The notes beneath the pieces are model-generated. The model saw nothing but the letters and a program-made list of their open reading frames with translations, ran no database searches and was not told the DNA's origin. This document shows positions 38,855 through 45,452 of a stretch of DNA of 49,742 nt, piece by piece. Source of the stretch: a virus. Its lineage: Duplodnaviria > Heunggongvirae > Uroviricota > Caudoviricetes. How positions within the stretch are numbered: the stretch's first letter is position 1; each line of letters opens with the position of its first letter. The stretch is from IMG/VR virus record IMGVR_UViG_3300024348_000010, one strand, 5' to 3'. The position numbers and the translations under genes were made by a program.

Positions 38855-38877
38855 TGCTCTTGGTGGTATGAGAGCCT

Positions 38878-38908
38878 AAAAAGAAAGGGGACCTTTCGGC
38901 CCCCTTTC
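38878..38908 (-). terminator. Rho-independent terminator after gp32
   Basis: Minus strand GAAAGGGGGCC-GAAA-GGTCCCCTTTC-TTTTT: 11-bp stem with one G-U pair, GAAA tetraloop and U tract, between convergent genes. Confidence 0.88.
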
Positions 38909-38916
38909 CCACCTTA

Positions 38917-39813
38917 TCAATCTTCTTCGGCAAGTCGTTTGAAGAAATCGAGATCATCGTCGTCTTCATCGACCGTAGAAGCTGCAGCAGGTGCAGCAGC
39001 CGCCTTGAAGGTAGGCGCAGGAGCTCTATACTCCTCTTCATCACGATCAACTCCGCGAATCTTGGCAGGTTCCGCAGAAAGAGCCAAGACAGTGTTCAGA
39101 CGAGTCTTGAGATCCTCATAAGACTTGAATTGCTTTTTATCTACGAGTTCCGCAAGCGAATACTCTTGAGTGTAGACACGTTCAAGCTCACTGTCATCAT
39201 CGAACAGTGGTGCGGGAGAGTCGAATTCTGACTTATCGTAATTAGGCCAACCTTCGACCTTACGAATTTTGAGCTTGAAATTAGCACCGTTCCAAAGATC
39301 GAAAGGATTTACTGGCTTCTCGTCCTCAAAACCTGGGTTCATGAGGTCGTTAAGCTTATCGAAGATCTTCTTTCCGTACTTGTACAGGAAGACCTTACCT
39401 TCGTTCGCAGGATTGCCTGGATCCTTCACAACATAGATGTTGCTGTGGTATGCCAAGCGGCGCTTCTGCTTGCGTGCGATCTCCTTATCAGAGTCAAGAC
39501 CAGTGTTCCAAAGAACGCTGTTGTATTCTGACACGGGATCGTCTTTACCGAGAGTCGTCAACGACTTCTCGATATACCAAAGACCTGTTGGTCCTTGGAA
39601 TCCATGGTCCCAGATGCGAGTGAAAGGAATGTCTTCGTTGACTGGCGCAGGAAGGAAACGAATCACGGCGTATCCGTTACCAGCCTTATCGACGGTAGGC
39701 TTCCAATATTTGCCCTCATCGGGATCTGAATATGTGGTATTTTGTTTAGCAAGTTCTTTAGTGAGCCTCTCAAAAGAAGAGCTGGAAGAACGCTTGAGGT
39801 CTGCAAATGACAT
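38917..39813 (-). CDS. gp32: Single-stranded DNA-binding protein gp32
   Basis: YWKPTVDKAGNGYAVIRFLPAP...WYIEKSLTTLG..DPVSE...GKVFLYKYGKKIFDK...GANFKLKIRKV...NYDKSEF, with an acidic tail. Confidence 0.97.
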   Translation of the reverse strand: MSFADLKRSSSSSFERLTKELAKQNTTYSDPDEGKYWKPTVDKAGNGYAVIRFLPAPVNEDIPFTRIWDHGFQGPTGLWYIEKSLTTLGKDDPVSEYNSVLWNTGLDSDKEIARKQKRRLAYHSNIYVVKDPGNPANEGKVFLYKYGKKIFDKLNDLMNPGFEDEKPVNPFDLWNGANFKLKIRKVEGWPNYDKSEFDSPAPLFDDDSELERVYTQEYSLAELVDKKQFKSYEDLKTRLNTVLALSAEPAKIRGVDRDEEEYRAPAPTFKAAAAPAAASTVDEDDDDLDFFKRLAEED

Positions 39814-39852
39814 AGTTATCTCCTATATGTCGGTGTGTTTCGAAGTATTTAG

Positions 39853-39870
39853 ATTGCAGCGAACTGCAAT
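39853..39870 (-). promoter_or_regulatory. UUCG-loop hairpin in the gp32 leader
   Basis: ATTGCAG-TTCG-CTGCAAT, a perfect 7-bp stem about 40 nt upstream of the gp32 ATG. Confidence 0.6.
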
Positions 39871-39878
39871 TGTATTTA

Positions 39879-40454
39879 TCATGAAGTAAAAGCATCCTTG
39901 ACAATTTTTCTACATTTAAATGCATCATAATGAAAAAAGGGCTTATACTTCAGCAGCTTCTTGTGGATGCTGGGCCATAGGACACCATCCTCAATCTTCT
40001 TGTTCCAATGACCGAAGAACCCGAAGATATCATTGAGGATAATCACCGTCTCGATAGAAATCTCTCGACGAAGATATTGTTTCAGTAAGAAGGGATGTTG
40101 CCCATTCTTTACAATAACACAATCATTGAAATTTGTACATAGTTTTTTTACGTCTTCTTCGAAGATATAAGAAAGAGACTGCTGTCTCTTCAACCATTCA
40201 TTGTACACTTTCTCTGAGTCATCATCAAACAGATCGCCTATCCATTTCAAATCGCCATCTACAAAGTTGGCAACCAGATATTTGAGCGGATCTTTATGTT
40301 TCGACAACTTATAGAACTGATACTTGTCCTTACGTACATCAAAGCTCGAAGGCTTTGCACCTATCTTACCGTTGTATTTGATGTAGTCATAGCTGTCTGT
40401 TGTGAAGTGGTTTTTAAGGGCGAGGAAAGTGGTGTAGCTCTCGAATGGAGTCAT
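39879..40454 (-). CDS. gp59: Helicase loader gp59
   Basis: FESYTTFLALKNHF...YDYIKYNGK...F..RKDKY.F.KL...LVANF...ISIETVIIL. Confidence 0.92.
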   Translation of the reverse strand: MTPFESYTTFLALKNHFTTDSYDYIKYNGKIGAKPSSFDVRKDKYQFYKLSKHKDPLKYLVANFVDGDLKWIGDLFDDDSEKVYNEWLKRQQSLSYIFEEDVKKLCTNFNDCVIVKNGQHPFLLKQYLRREISIETVIILNDIFGFFGHWNKKIEDGVLWPSIHKKLLKYKPFFHYDAFKCRKIVKDAFTS

Positions 40455-40705
40455 ACTGGTAGCTTAGCCCTCTTTGGCAAGAAGTTAAGATCTTCTGCTT
40501 CGTCTTGTAGACGAGCCTTGATACGAATGTTACTGCGAATGATACTCGCGGCAGCCTCGATCTCGATGTTATTCTTTTCACAATAGTGGACGACGGCATC
40601 CATATAATCTAAATCATAATTAATAACCAATCGTTCAATTTCTTTAATGAACTTTTCAGAAGTCAATGCTTTCGTTGAAATGACGTCGTCCACCATAATA
40701 ATCAT
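40451..40705 (-). CDS. gp33: Late transcription coactivator gp33
   Basis: FIKEIERLV...DYMDAVVHYCEKNNIEIE.AA..I...IKARLQDEAEDLNFLPK..KLPV. Confidence 0.92.
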   Translation of the reverse strand: MIIMVDDVISTKALTSEKFIKEIERLVINYDLDYMDAVVHYCEKNNIEIEAAASIIRSNIRIKARLQDEAEDLNFLPKRAKLPV

Positions 40706-41280
40706 CCTCTATAAAAAATGTGTGCACCAATCTTAGTCGTACGAGCAAACACTCTACCCCATGACGGACTTACGTAGTCAGCGTGGTAAAACTTTGCTCC
40801 CTTTGTTACGTCACCGTAATTTCCGAGATACACATGTTCGGCGATTTCCCTTGCTTTTGCAAAGGCTACACCATCACGAATTCTTTTTCCACCCTCACAC
40901 TTCCATGAAAATTGGCATACGCGCGCAGTTCTCTGATTGATAACTCCACATGGCGTGCTTGGGAAACGATCGTCTTTTGCGCGGTTCAAAACAACATTGT
41001 TTACCGCAATCCTACCTTTATAAGGTTCATGGCCAGCTTCGAAGTATGTATTCTCGGCCATGCATTGGATTTGTTTTTTGTCGTAGTTGCTCAGATAGAC
41101 TGGCTTCTTTACGACCTTTTCTTTTTCGATTACCTGAATAACTGGGACCTTTACGATCTTGACTTCAGGTTCTTTGTTTGGTGTAGCCAAAGCCACACCT
41201 GTTACTGCAATGATACCTATGACAAAGCCTTCGGCCCAGCGTAGATACGGGAAATCTTTTCTAGTTTCGAAAAGTTTCAT
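40702..41280 (-). CDS. Cell wall hydrolase, SleB/Hydrolase_2 family, with N-terminal hydrophobic anchor
   Basis: CMAENTYFEA..EP..G.IAV..VVLNR...FP.T.CGVI.Q...CQFSW...GAKFYHADYVSPSW...IGAHIFY. N-terminal WAEGFVIGIIAVTGVALA. RBS AGAGG. Confidence 0.92.
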   Translation of the reverse strand: MKLFETRKDFPYLRWAEGFVIGIIAVTGVALATPNKEPEVKIVKVPVIQVIEKEKVVKKPVYLSNYDKKQIQCMAENTYFEAGHEPYKGRIAVNNVVLNRAKDDRFPSTPCGVINQRTARVCQFSWKCEGGKRIRDGVAFAKAREIAEHVYLGNYGDVTKGAKFYHADYVSPSWGRVFARTTKIGAHIFYRG

Positions 41281-41284
41281 GTTC

Positions 41285-41530
41285 TTCCTCTTAGTCTCAA
41301 TGACTTTGGCAAACAGAGACTACTTTACAGGCATCCCAGCCATATAGTTTTCTGCCGCTATAAGAAGATACACAAGAGAATAACGAAGTATCTTCCATCC
41401 ATTTCCCTCTTACTGGAAATGCAAAATCATTAGTGTTTTCGTCGGTGGCATCCGAATGATGCCGCTTTCTAGCCATCTAAGACTTGAAGTTTTGCAAGAG
41501 TCAATGGAGGATTCTAACCTCCGTCGTGAT
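41285..41530 (-). ncRNA. Candidate structured RNA or long 5' leader
   Basis: No credible ORF. At least five hairpins lie between a late promoter and the SleB gene. Confidence 0.4.
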
Positions 41531-41534
41531 ATTT

Positions 41535-41542
41535 TATTTATA
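41535..41542 (-). promoter_or_regulatory. T4-type late promoter TATAAATA
   Basis: Exact motif between the tmRNA 3' hairpins and the structured region. Confidence 0.8.
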
Positions 41543-41597
41543 CTACCGCCAGCAGTTTTTCTGGCGACTCGTAGCACCAGTCATTCAACTGGTAGTA

Positions 41598-41911
41598 AGT
41601 GGCCCGTTCTGTTCCAAGGTGGAGCCATACCCGTGTAGATCATGCCGCTAGGCGGATATCTGCAAAGCTATCGTTATCGTTAGCATTTATGTTTAGTGGC
41701 ACTTTGCCAAGCAATCAGTCTCAAACCGCCCTATTACACGAAAATCGAATTCCATAGTCACCCCCATCATGGACACACGTTGCGCAACTCAGTCAATCTG
41801 TCGTGACATTACATCCTGTGCAATGTGGTTGAAAGACTGTGTGTCCATGGTGGAGGTGCGGGGAGTCGAACCCCGGTCTTTCCGCCTTTATTGTTGATTG
41901 TCAACAACTGA
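41598..41911 (-). ncRNA. ssrA: Circularly permuted two-piece tmRNA (alphaproteobacterial type); outer ends approximate
   Basis: The acceptor piece ends GACCGGGGTTCGACTCCCCGCACCTCCACCA (CCA end at 41848). After an 82-nt spacer, the coding piece starts GGGGGTG at 41765. GGGGGUG pairs with CACCUCC, giving G3-U70 and discriminator A. Tag frame ANDNDSFADIRLAA*, then an AACAGA-containing pseudoknot-like element. Confidence 0.95.
41640..41684 (-). other. tmRNA tag reading frame (A)ANDNDSFADIRLAA*
   Basis: Resume codon GCT preceded by ATAAAT. Sequence GCT AAC GAT AAC GAT AGC TTT GCA GAT ATC CGC CTA GCG GCA TGA. Confidence 0.95.
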
Positions 41912-41916
41912 TATTC

Positions 41917-41947
41917 TATTTATACCCCAACGGGCTTTAATTGTACA
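41917..41947 (-). promoter_or_regulatory. Composite tmRNA promoter: TGTACA-N17-TATAAA overlapping late TATAAATA
   Basis: TGTACA at 41947-41942, 17-nt spacer, TATAAATA at 41924-41917. The upstream TAAGCATGTACA matches the TAAACATGTACA of three early promoters. Confidence 0.75.
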
Positions 41948-41950
41948 TGC

Positions 41951-42388
41951 TTAATTGCACCAAGATTGCTTTGCATCACCAAAATATGCACGTGCAAAAC
42001 CATTCTTGATGAGAAGGTCTCGAAGGCTCATGCCATCAAGGAGAATATCTCCAAGAACACGTCCACCGAACTTATCCCAATCGTACAGAACAACCTGATG
42101 CTTCTTTGTAGATTTGATTACCAAATTGGTGAATTCACTAGATTGTTCGCCACGCTTCTTCTCGCTCTCACACTTGGCACGAAAGCTCTTTTCAGGTGTA
42201 TCGACACCAAAGATTCGAACACCAAGTTCAGGCTTTAGAGGAGCTGGCAGATACGGTGCGGTAATGACGATCGTATCACCATCAATCGCACGAACAATGG
42301 TAGTGTCATATGTCACACCTGTAGGTGTCTTCTGTGCAATAGCTGGAGTTGCCAGCAACACGAGTGCTAGCGCAATAAAATTTTTCAT
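41951..42388 (-). CDS. Thermonuclease (SNase) family protein with signal peptide-like N-terminus
   Basis: RAIDGDTI...VRIFGVDTPE...DKFGGRVLGDI...LIKNGFARAY, and a hydrophobic N-terminus MKNFIALALVLLATPAIA. Confidence 0.88.
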   Translation of the reverse strand: MKNFIALALVLLATPAIAQKTPTGVTYDTTIVRAIDGDTIVITAPYLPAPLKPELGVRIFGVDTPEKSFRAKCESEKKRGEQSSEFTNLVIKSTKKHQVVLYDWDKFGGRVLGDILLDGMSLRDLLIKNGFARAYFGDAKQSWCN

Positions 42389-42398
42389 GTATTATTCC

Positions 42399-42749
42399 TT
42401 AGTTACAACGGGTTTCCCAATAAACGTAGCGTTCGCCACGATACCATTCGGTGATTTGTTCACGAACGCAATAGCGTCTATCATATCTATAATCTGGTGG
42501 ATAGTAGCGATTATCGTCGCGCGGCTCATAATCTCTTTCTCGCTCACGATCCCTCTCGCGATCGCGATTACCTGAGCTGAGAGCACCAACTACAACACCA
42601 CCGATGATAGCGCCGCAAAGCCAGCCACAGCCAGCTTTACGACGCTCTTGCTGGACATGGTCGCGATTTCGATCTCGACGATGATCAGCAAAGGCAGGAG
42701 TAGAGATTAGCATACTACCGACAACTAAAGATGCAATTAATTTTTTCAT
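42399..42749 (-). CDS. Hypothetical exported protein with glycine-zipper segment
   Basis: Signal peptide (...STPAFA), GAIIGGVVVGAL segment and an R/D-rich region. Confidence 0.7.
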   Translation of the reverse strand: MKKLIASLVVGSMLISTPAFADHRRDRNRDHVQQERRKAGCGWLCGAIIGGVVVGALSSGNRDRERDRERERDYEPRDDNRYYPPDYRYDRRYCVREQITEWYRGERYVYWETRCN

Positions 42750-42934
42750 ATGTAGTCCTCGTCAATATCTGCAAACATCACTCGTTTTCTTGGATCGCCA
42801 GCGGCAATGCATCGAGTGAGTGTCAGCGCTTCTTTGTAATTCTTCGTGTGGAACATCACCGGGAAAACGATCTCATCGTCATCCTCGGTTTCGAAAGACA
42901 TTCCTACAAAGTAAGTACCATTTTCTTCTACCAT
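42746..42934 (-). CDS. Hypothetical protein
   Basis: 62 aa, overlaps the next start. Confidence 0.6.
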   Translation of the reverse strand: MVEENGTYFVGMSFETEDDDEIVFPVMFHTKNYKEALTLTRCIAAGDPRKRVMFADIDEDYI

Positions 42935-42938
42935 TCAC

Positions 42939-43178
42939 TTATTTATTATCGGTAGATTTTTCCTTCTTGAGCTTCTCACGCTTGCGATCACCGAGCCAGA
43001 AGAGACCGACGAATGGACCACCAATAACTACGGCAGTGAGTACAAGCGGCCACAATAGCGAACCAAGAAAACATACCCACAACAGACCGGCTGGATCACC
43101 ACCATCTAGATCAAACCGCCCGATACAATATGTACTGACTGCAAAGAGTACAATAGCAACAATTAACCATAACCACAT
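42939..43178 (-). CDS. Small membrane protein
   Basis: The ATG at 43178 (MWLWLIVAIVLF...) is preferred over the track's upstream start. Two to three hydrophobic segments and an LLWPL motif. Confidence 0.65.
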   Translation of the reverse strand: MWLWLIVAIVLFAVSTYCIGRFDLDGGDPAGLLWVCFLGSLLWPLVLTAVVIGGPFVGLFWLGDRKREKLKKEKSTDNK

Positions 43179-43179
43179 A

Positions 43180-43422
43180 TTAAGCTTCCTTCCTACCAAA
43201 CTTCTGACCAATTTTGAAGATGCCGATCAAAGGCAAAGATATCGGCCAAGTAAGTGCGACAGCAAATGTTCTCAAAGCATAACCGACAACTCTATCTTCA
43301 CACACCTGCTGACCTGTTTCACCATAGTGCTTAGGATCACGATAAAACAAAGTCTTATAATTCATGCCTGCATAGAACGTCCGTCCTAAAAGCAATGCAA
43401 TAAAACCATATAACCAAAACAT
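43180..43422 (-). CDS. Small membrane protein
   Basis: 80 aa with two hydrophobic segments and an LTWPI motif. Confidence 0.65.
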   Translation of the reverse strand: MFWLYGFIALLLGRTFYAGMNYKTLFYRDPKHYGETGQQVCEDRVVGYALRTFAVALTWPISLPLIGIFKIGQKFGRKEA

Positions 43423-43425
43423 AAC

Positions 43426-43767
43426 TTAACTCCTTATTCTTACATAACTAATTGAATCATAACCAGGATAACCATCTGCCCACTGATTACGAGCTTGTTC
43501 CTTGAAACCGATAGATTCTGCATTCTGCTTAAAGTATTGCTTAGCTGCAATCTGCACACCATATTCGGTTTCAGCCTGAATCTCAAAGCTATCTGAGTTC
43601 CAAACCTTTTTGAATGTAACCTTATACGTCTTGAGCTTCTTGAGCTTCTTGATCTTATCCTTTGTAGAACCGGGCTGACTGTTGAGGATCTGATTGAACT
43701 TACTCTCGCTTAGAGAAGCAAGAGGTCCCCAGGATTCTGGGGACCGACTCTTAACCTCAAACATCAT
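43426..43767 (-). CDS. Hypothetical protein
   Basis: The ATG at 43767 overlaps the DUF932 TGA (ATGA), giving 113 aa. Confidence 0.6.
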   Translation of the reverse strand: MMFEVKSRSPESWGPLASLSESKFNQILNSQPGSTKDKIKKLKKLKTYKVTFKKVWNSDSFEIQAETEYGVQIAAKQYFKQNAESIGFKEQARNQWADGYPGYDSISYVRIRS

Positions 43768-44711
43768 GCTGCGTCTGCAAATTCGATGGCAGTTTCCAAT
43801 GCCTTCGTCTTGAGGTTCTTGTTCGAACCGTACCAAGCAGAAGTCATACGATTATCTGCATTGCGACCAATCATGTGATCAGTCATGAAGGTAACCGCGT
43901 TGAAAGCCTGCCACCAACTACCTTCGCCAAACTCGGCACCAGGCTGTTGGTCCATGATTTCGAGAGCGATACCAGCATTCTTGCTGAGGTCCTTCTTCGA
44001 ACCGGTGACAGGGAATACACGCTGGAAATACTCGACGATGTTTTCGTCAGTGTAACGCTTCGAACCAAGATAAGCAGCCATTTCTTTGTATTTGGCAAGC
44101 TTTTCCTTGGCAACACCGAGTGTTTCCTTGACAACGTCACCGTCAAACTCACGACGATGGCTGACCTTGACGATCTTGCTCGACTGACTGTTCAGCGAGA
44201 GAGTCAGAGTGTTGTTGCAAACAACGCGAACTGGAGTGAAGCGAACATCGATCGACCAACCATACTTATGCGGATTGGTGAAGAGCAGATAGGAATCGAC
44301 CTGATCGCCCTTGAACAATTCGAAGGAATCCTTCACCTTTGCCAAGGCCCAAACAAGCTGACCGTCGCGAAGCGAACCAGCGGTGTGCATTTCCATCTCA
44401 CCAGCTGCAACGAAATCATTGAAGAATTCGAAGGCTGATTCGTTCTGATTAGGAACCCAATCGTTAGTGATTACGTCGAGGATCTTGTTGTCGACGTCAC
44501 GAACCAGAGCGGAGTGACCGATGTCGACTTGCTTGCCACCGATTTCGGCGAAAGCAGGAACTGGATTGACCTTCCAGTCGAGGTTTGCTGCCTTCAGCAT
44601 CTGATTCGGAGTAAGGTCGTTCGAGACCTTCGTGCCGAGGTGATGCCATGGTGTTTCGCCTGCATAAGCCATCGAAGCCTTGCCGTCGAGAAATTCAATC
44701 ATATGAGCCAT
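43764..44711 (-). CDS. DUF932 family protein
   Basis: MAHMIE...MAYAGETPWHHLG...A.LDW.V...QNESAFEFF...TAGSLRDG..VWALA...LLFTN.H...TPVRVVCNNTL. Start at ATG 44711 with RBS AAGGA. Confidence 0.9.
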   Translation of the reverse strand: MAHMIEFLDGKASMAYAGETPWHHLGTKVSNDLTPNQMLKAANLDWKVNPVPAFAEIGGKQVDIGHSALVRDVDNKILDVITNDWVPNQNESAFEFFNDFVAAGEMEMHTAGSLRDGQLVWALAKVKDSFELFKGDQVDSYLLFTNPHKYGWSIDVRFTPVRVVCNNTLTLSLNSQSSKIVKVSHRREFDGDVVKETLGVAKEKLAKYKEMAAYLGSKRYTDENIVEYFQRVFPVTGSKKDLSKNAGIALEIMDQQPGAEFGEGSWWQAFNAVTFMTDHMIGRNADNRMTSAWYGSNKNLKTKALETAIEFADAA

Positions 44712-44743
44712 AATATAGTTTCCTTTTTCAATTTGGTATAACC

Positions 44744-44772
44744 ATTCTACCATAGAATGGCCTATTTGTACA
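44744..44772 (-). promoter_or_regulatory. Early sigma70-type promoter
   Basis: TAAACA-TGTACA-N17-TAGAAT upstream of DUF932. Confidence 0.75.
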
Positions 44773-44780
44773 TGTTTAAT

Positions 44781-44924
44781 TTACGCTGGAGTAATGATCC
44801 AAAAACCTGCGAACAGGATTGGAGCCATAATGAGAAAAGCGAGGCTAGCGAGCATCTCGTTGCGAAACTCTGCAGGAGTCATAGTAGCCTTCATATCGCT
44901 GATAACTTGAATAATCTTGTTCAT
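44781..44924 (-). CDS. Small membrane protein (47 aa, not in the ORF track)
   Basis: MNKIIQVISDMKATMTPAEFRNEMLASLAFLIMAPILFAGFWIITPA*, with RBS AAGGA behind an early promoter. Confidence 0.7.
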   Translation of the reverse strand: MNKIIQVISDMKATMTPAEFRNEMLASLAFLIMAPILFAGFWIITPA

Positions 44925-44951
44925 GTTTGCTTCCTTCTTCATTATAGGTCC

Positions 44952-44980
44952 ACCTTACCAAAGTTTTGATAAAATGTACA
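44952..44980 (-). promoter_or_regulatory. Early sigma70-type promoter
   Basis: TAAACA-TGTACA-N17-TAAGGT-GGACCTATAATGAAGAAGGA. Confidence 0.75.
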
Positions 44981-44983
44981 TGT

Positions 44984-45154
44984 TTATTTTTCGATAAAAT
45001 CACAAACTAGCTGAAAAAAATCATCGGGCTTTTCATCCTCGAGGACCATCAGATAGTCACGAACATCTTCTGTGATGCCATGCTTGGAGAAGTATTCGGC
45101 GATTGCTCGCTGAACGGTGTCGCGACCGAAGTAACCGATAACAGGACTAGTCAT
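44984..45154 (-). CDS. Small hypothetical protein (56 aa, not in the ORF track)
   Basis: MTSPVIGYFGRDTVQRAIAEYFSKHGITEDVRDYLMVLEDEKPDDFFQLVCDFIEK*, with ATGA overlap to the upstream gene. Confidence 0.65.
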   Translation of the reverse strand: MTSPVIGYFGRDTVQRAIAEYFSKHGITEDVRDYLMVLEDEKPDDFFQLVCDFIEK

Positions 45155-45354
45155 ACAACCTCCATCTGATCGACCATAATCTCAATGATGCGTTCGAAGT
45201 CATCATCTGGATGCAAACGATAGTCTGCAGAGATATCGTAGTACATCTCAGTGCAGGTGTTCATGGTTTCAACACCATGAGTTCCACCGAGGGCTTCATA
45301 GATGAAATCGAAAGGATCATCTTGAGCGAGAATGTATTCAAATAAGCGAGTCAT
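45151..45354 (-). CDS. Small acidic hypothetical protein
   Basis: 67 aa with RBS AAGGA behind an early promoter. Confidence 0.7.
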   Translation of the reverse strand: MTRLFEYILAQDDPFDFIYEALGGTHGVETMNTCTEMYYDISADYRLHPDDDFERIIEIMVDQMEVV

Positions 45355-45383
45355 AATATTTTTTCCTTCTTGATTATAGGTCC

Positions 45384-45412
45384 ACCTTACATTGTTTTCG
45401 AAATATTGTACA
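45384..45412 (-). promoter_or_regulatory. Early sigma70-type promoter
   Basis: TAAACA-TGTACA-N17-TAAGGT-GGACCTATAATCAAGAAGGA, near-identical to the copy at 44952-44980. Confidence 0.75.
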
Positions 45413-45452
45413 TGTTTATTGTCAAAAAAAATGCGACCGAAGCCGCATTTTC

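Noticed and set aside
41420-41465. Hammerhead ribozyme (GAAA and CUAAUGA-like segments)
   Set aside because: The core segments are only 3 nt apart, leaving no room for stems III and I, and CUGAUGA is imperfect.
41456-41638. 60-aa plus-strand ORF in the track
   Set aside because: It is antisense to the tmRNA tail and the structured region, has no clear RBS, and opposes the local transcription direction.
41848-41885. Isolated tRNA gene or tRNA fragment (T-arm plus CCA)
   Set aside because: There is no upstream D-arm or anticodon arm. The matching 5' acceptor strand lies downstream at 41765, so this is the acceptor piece of a permuted tmRNA.
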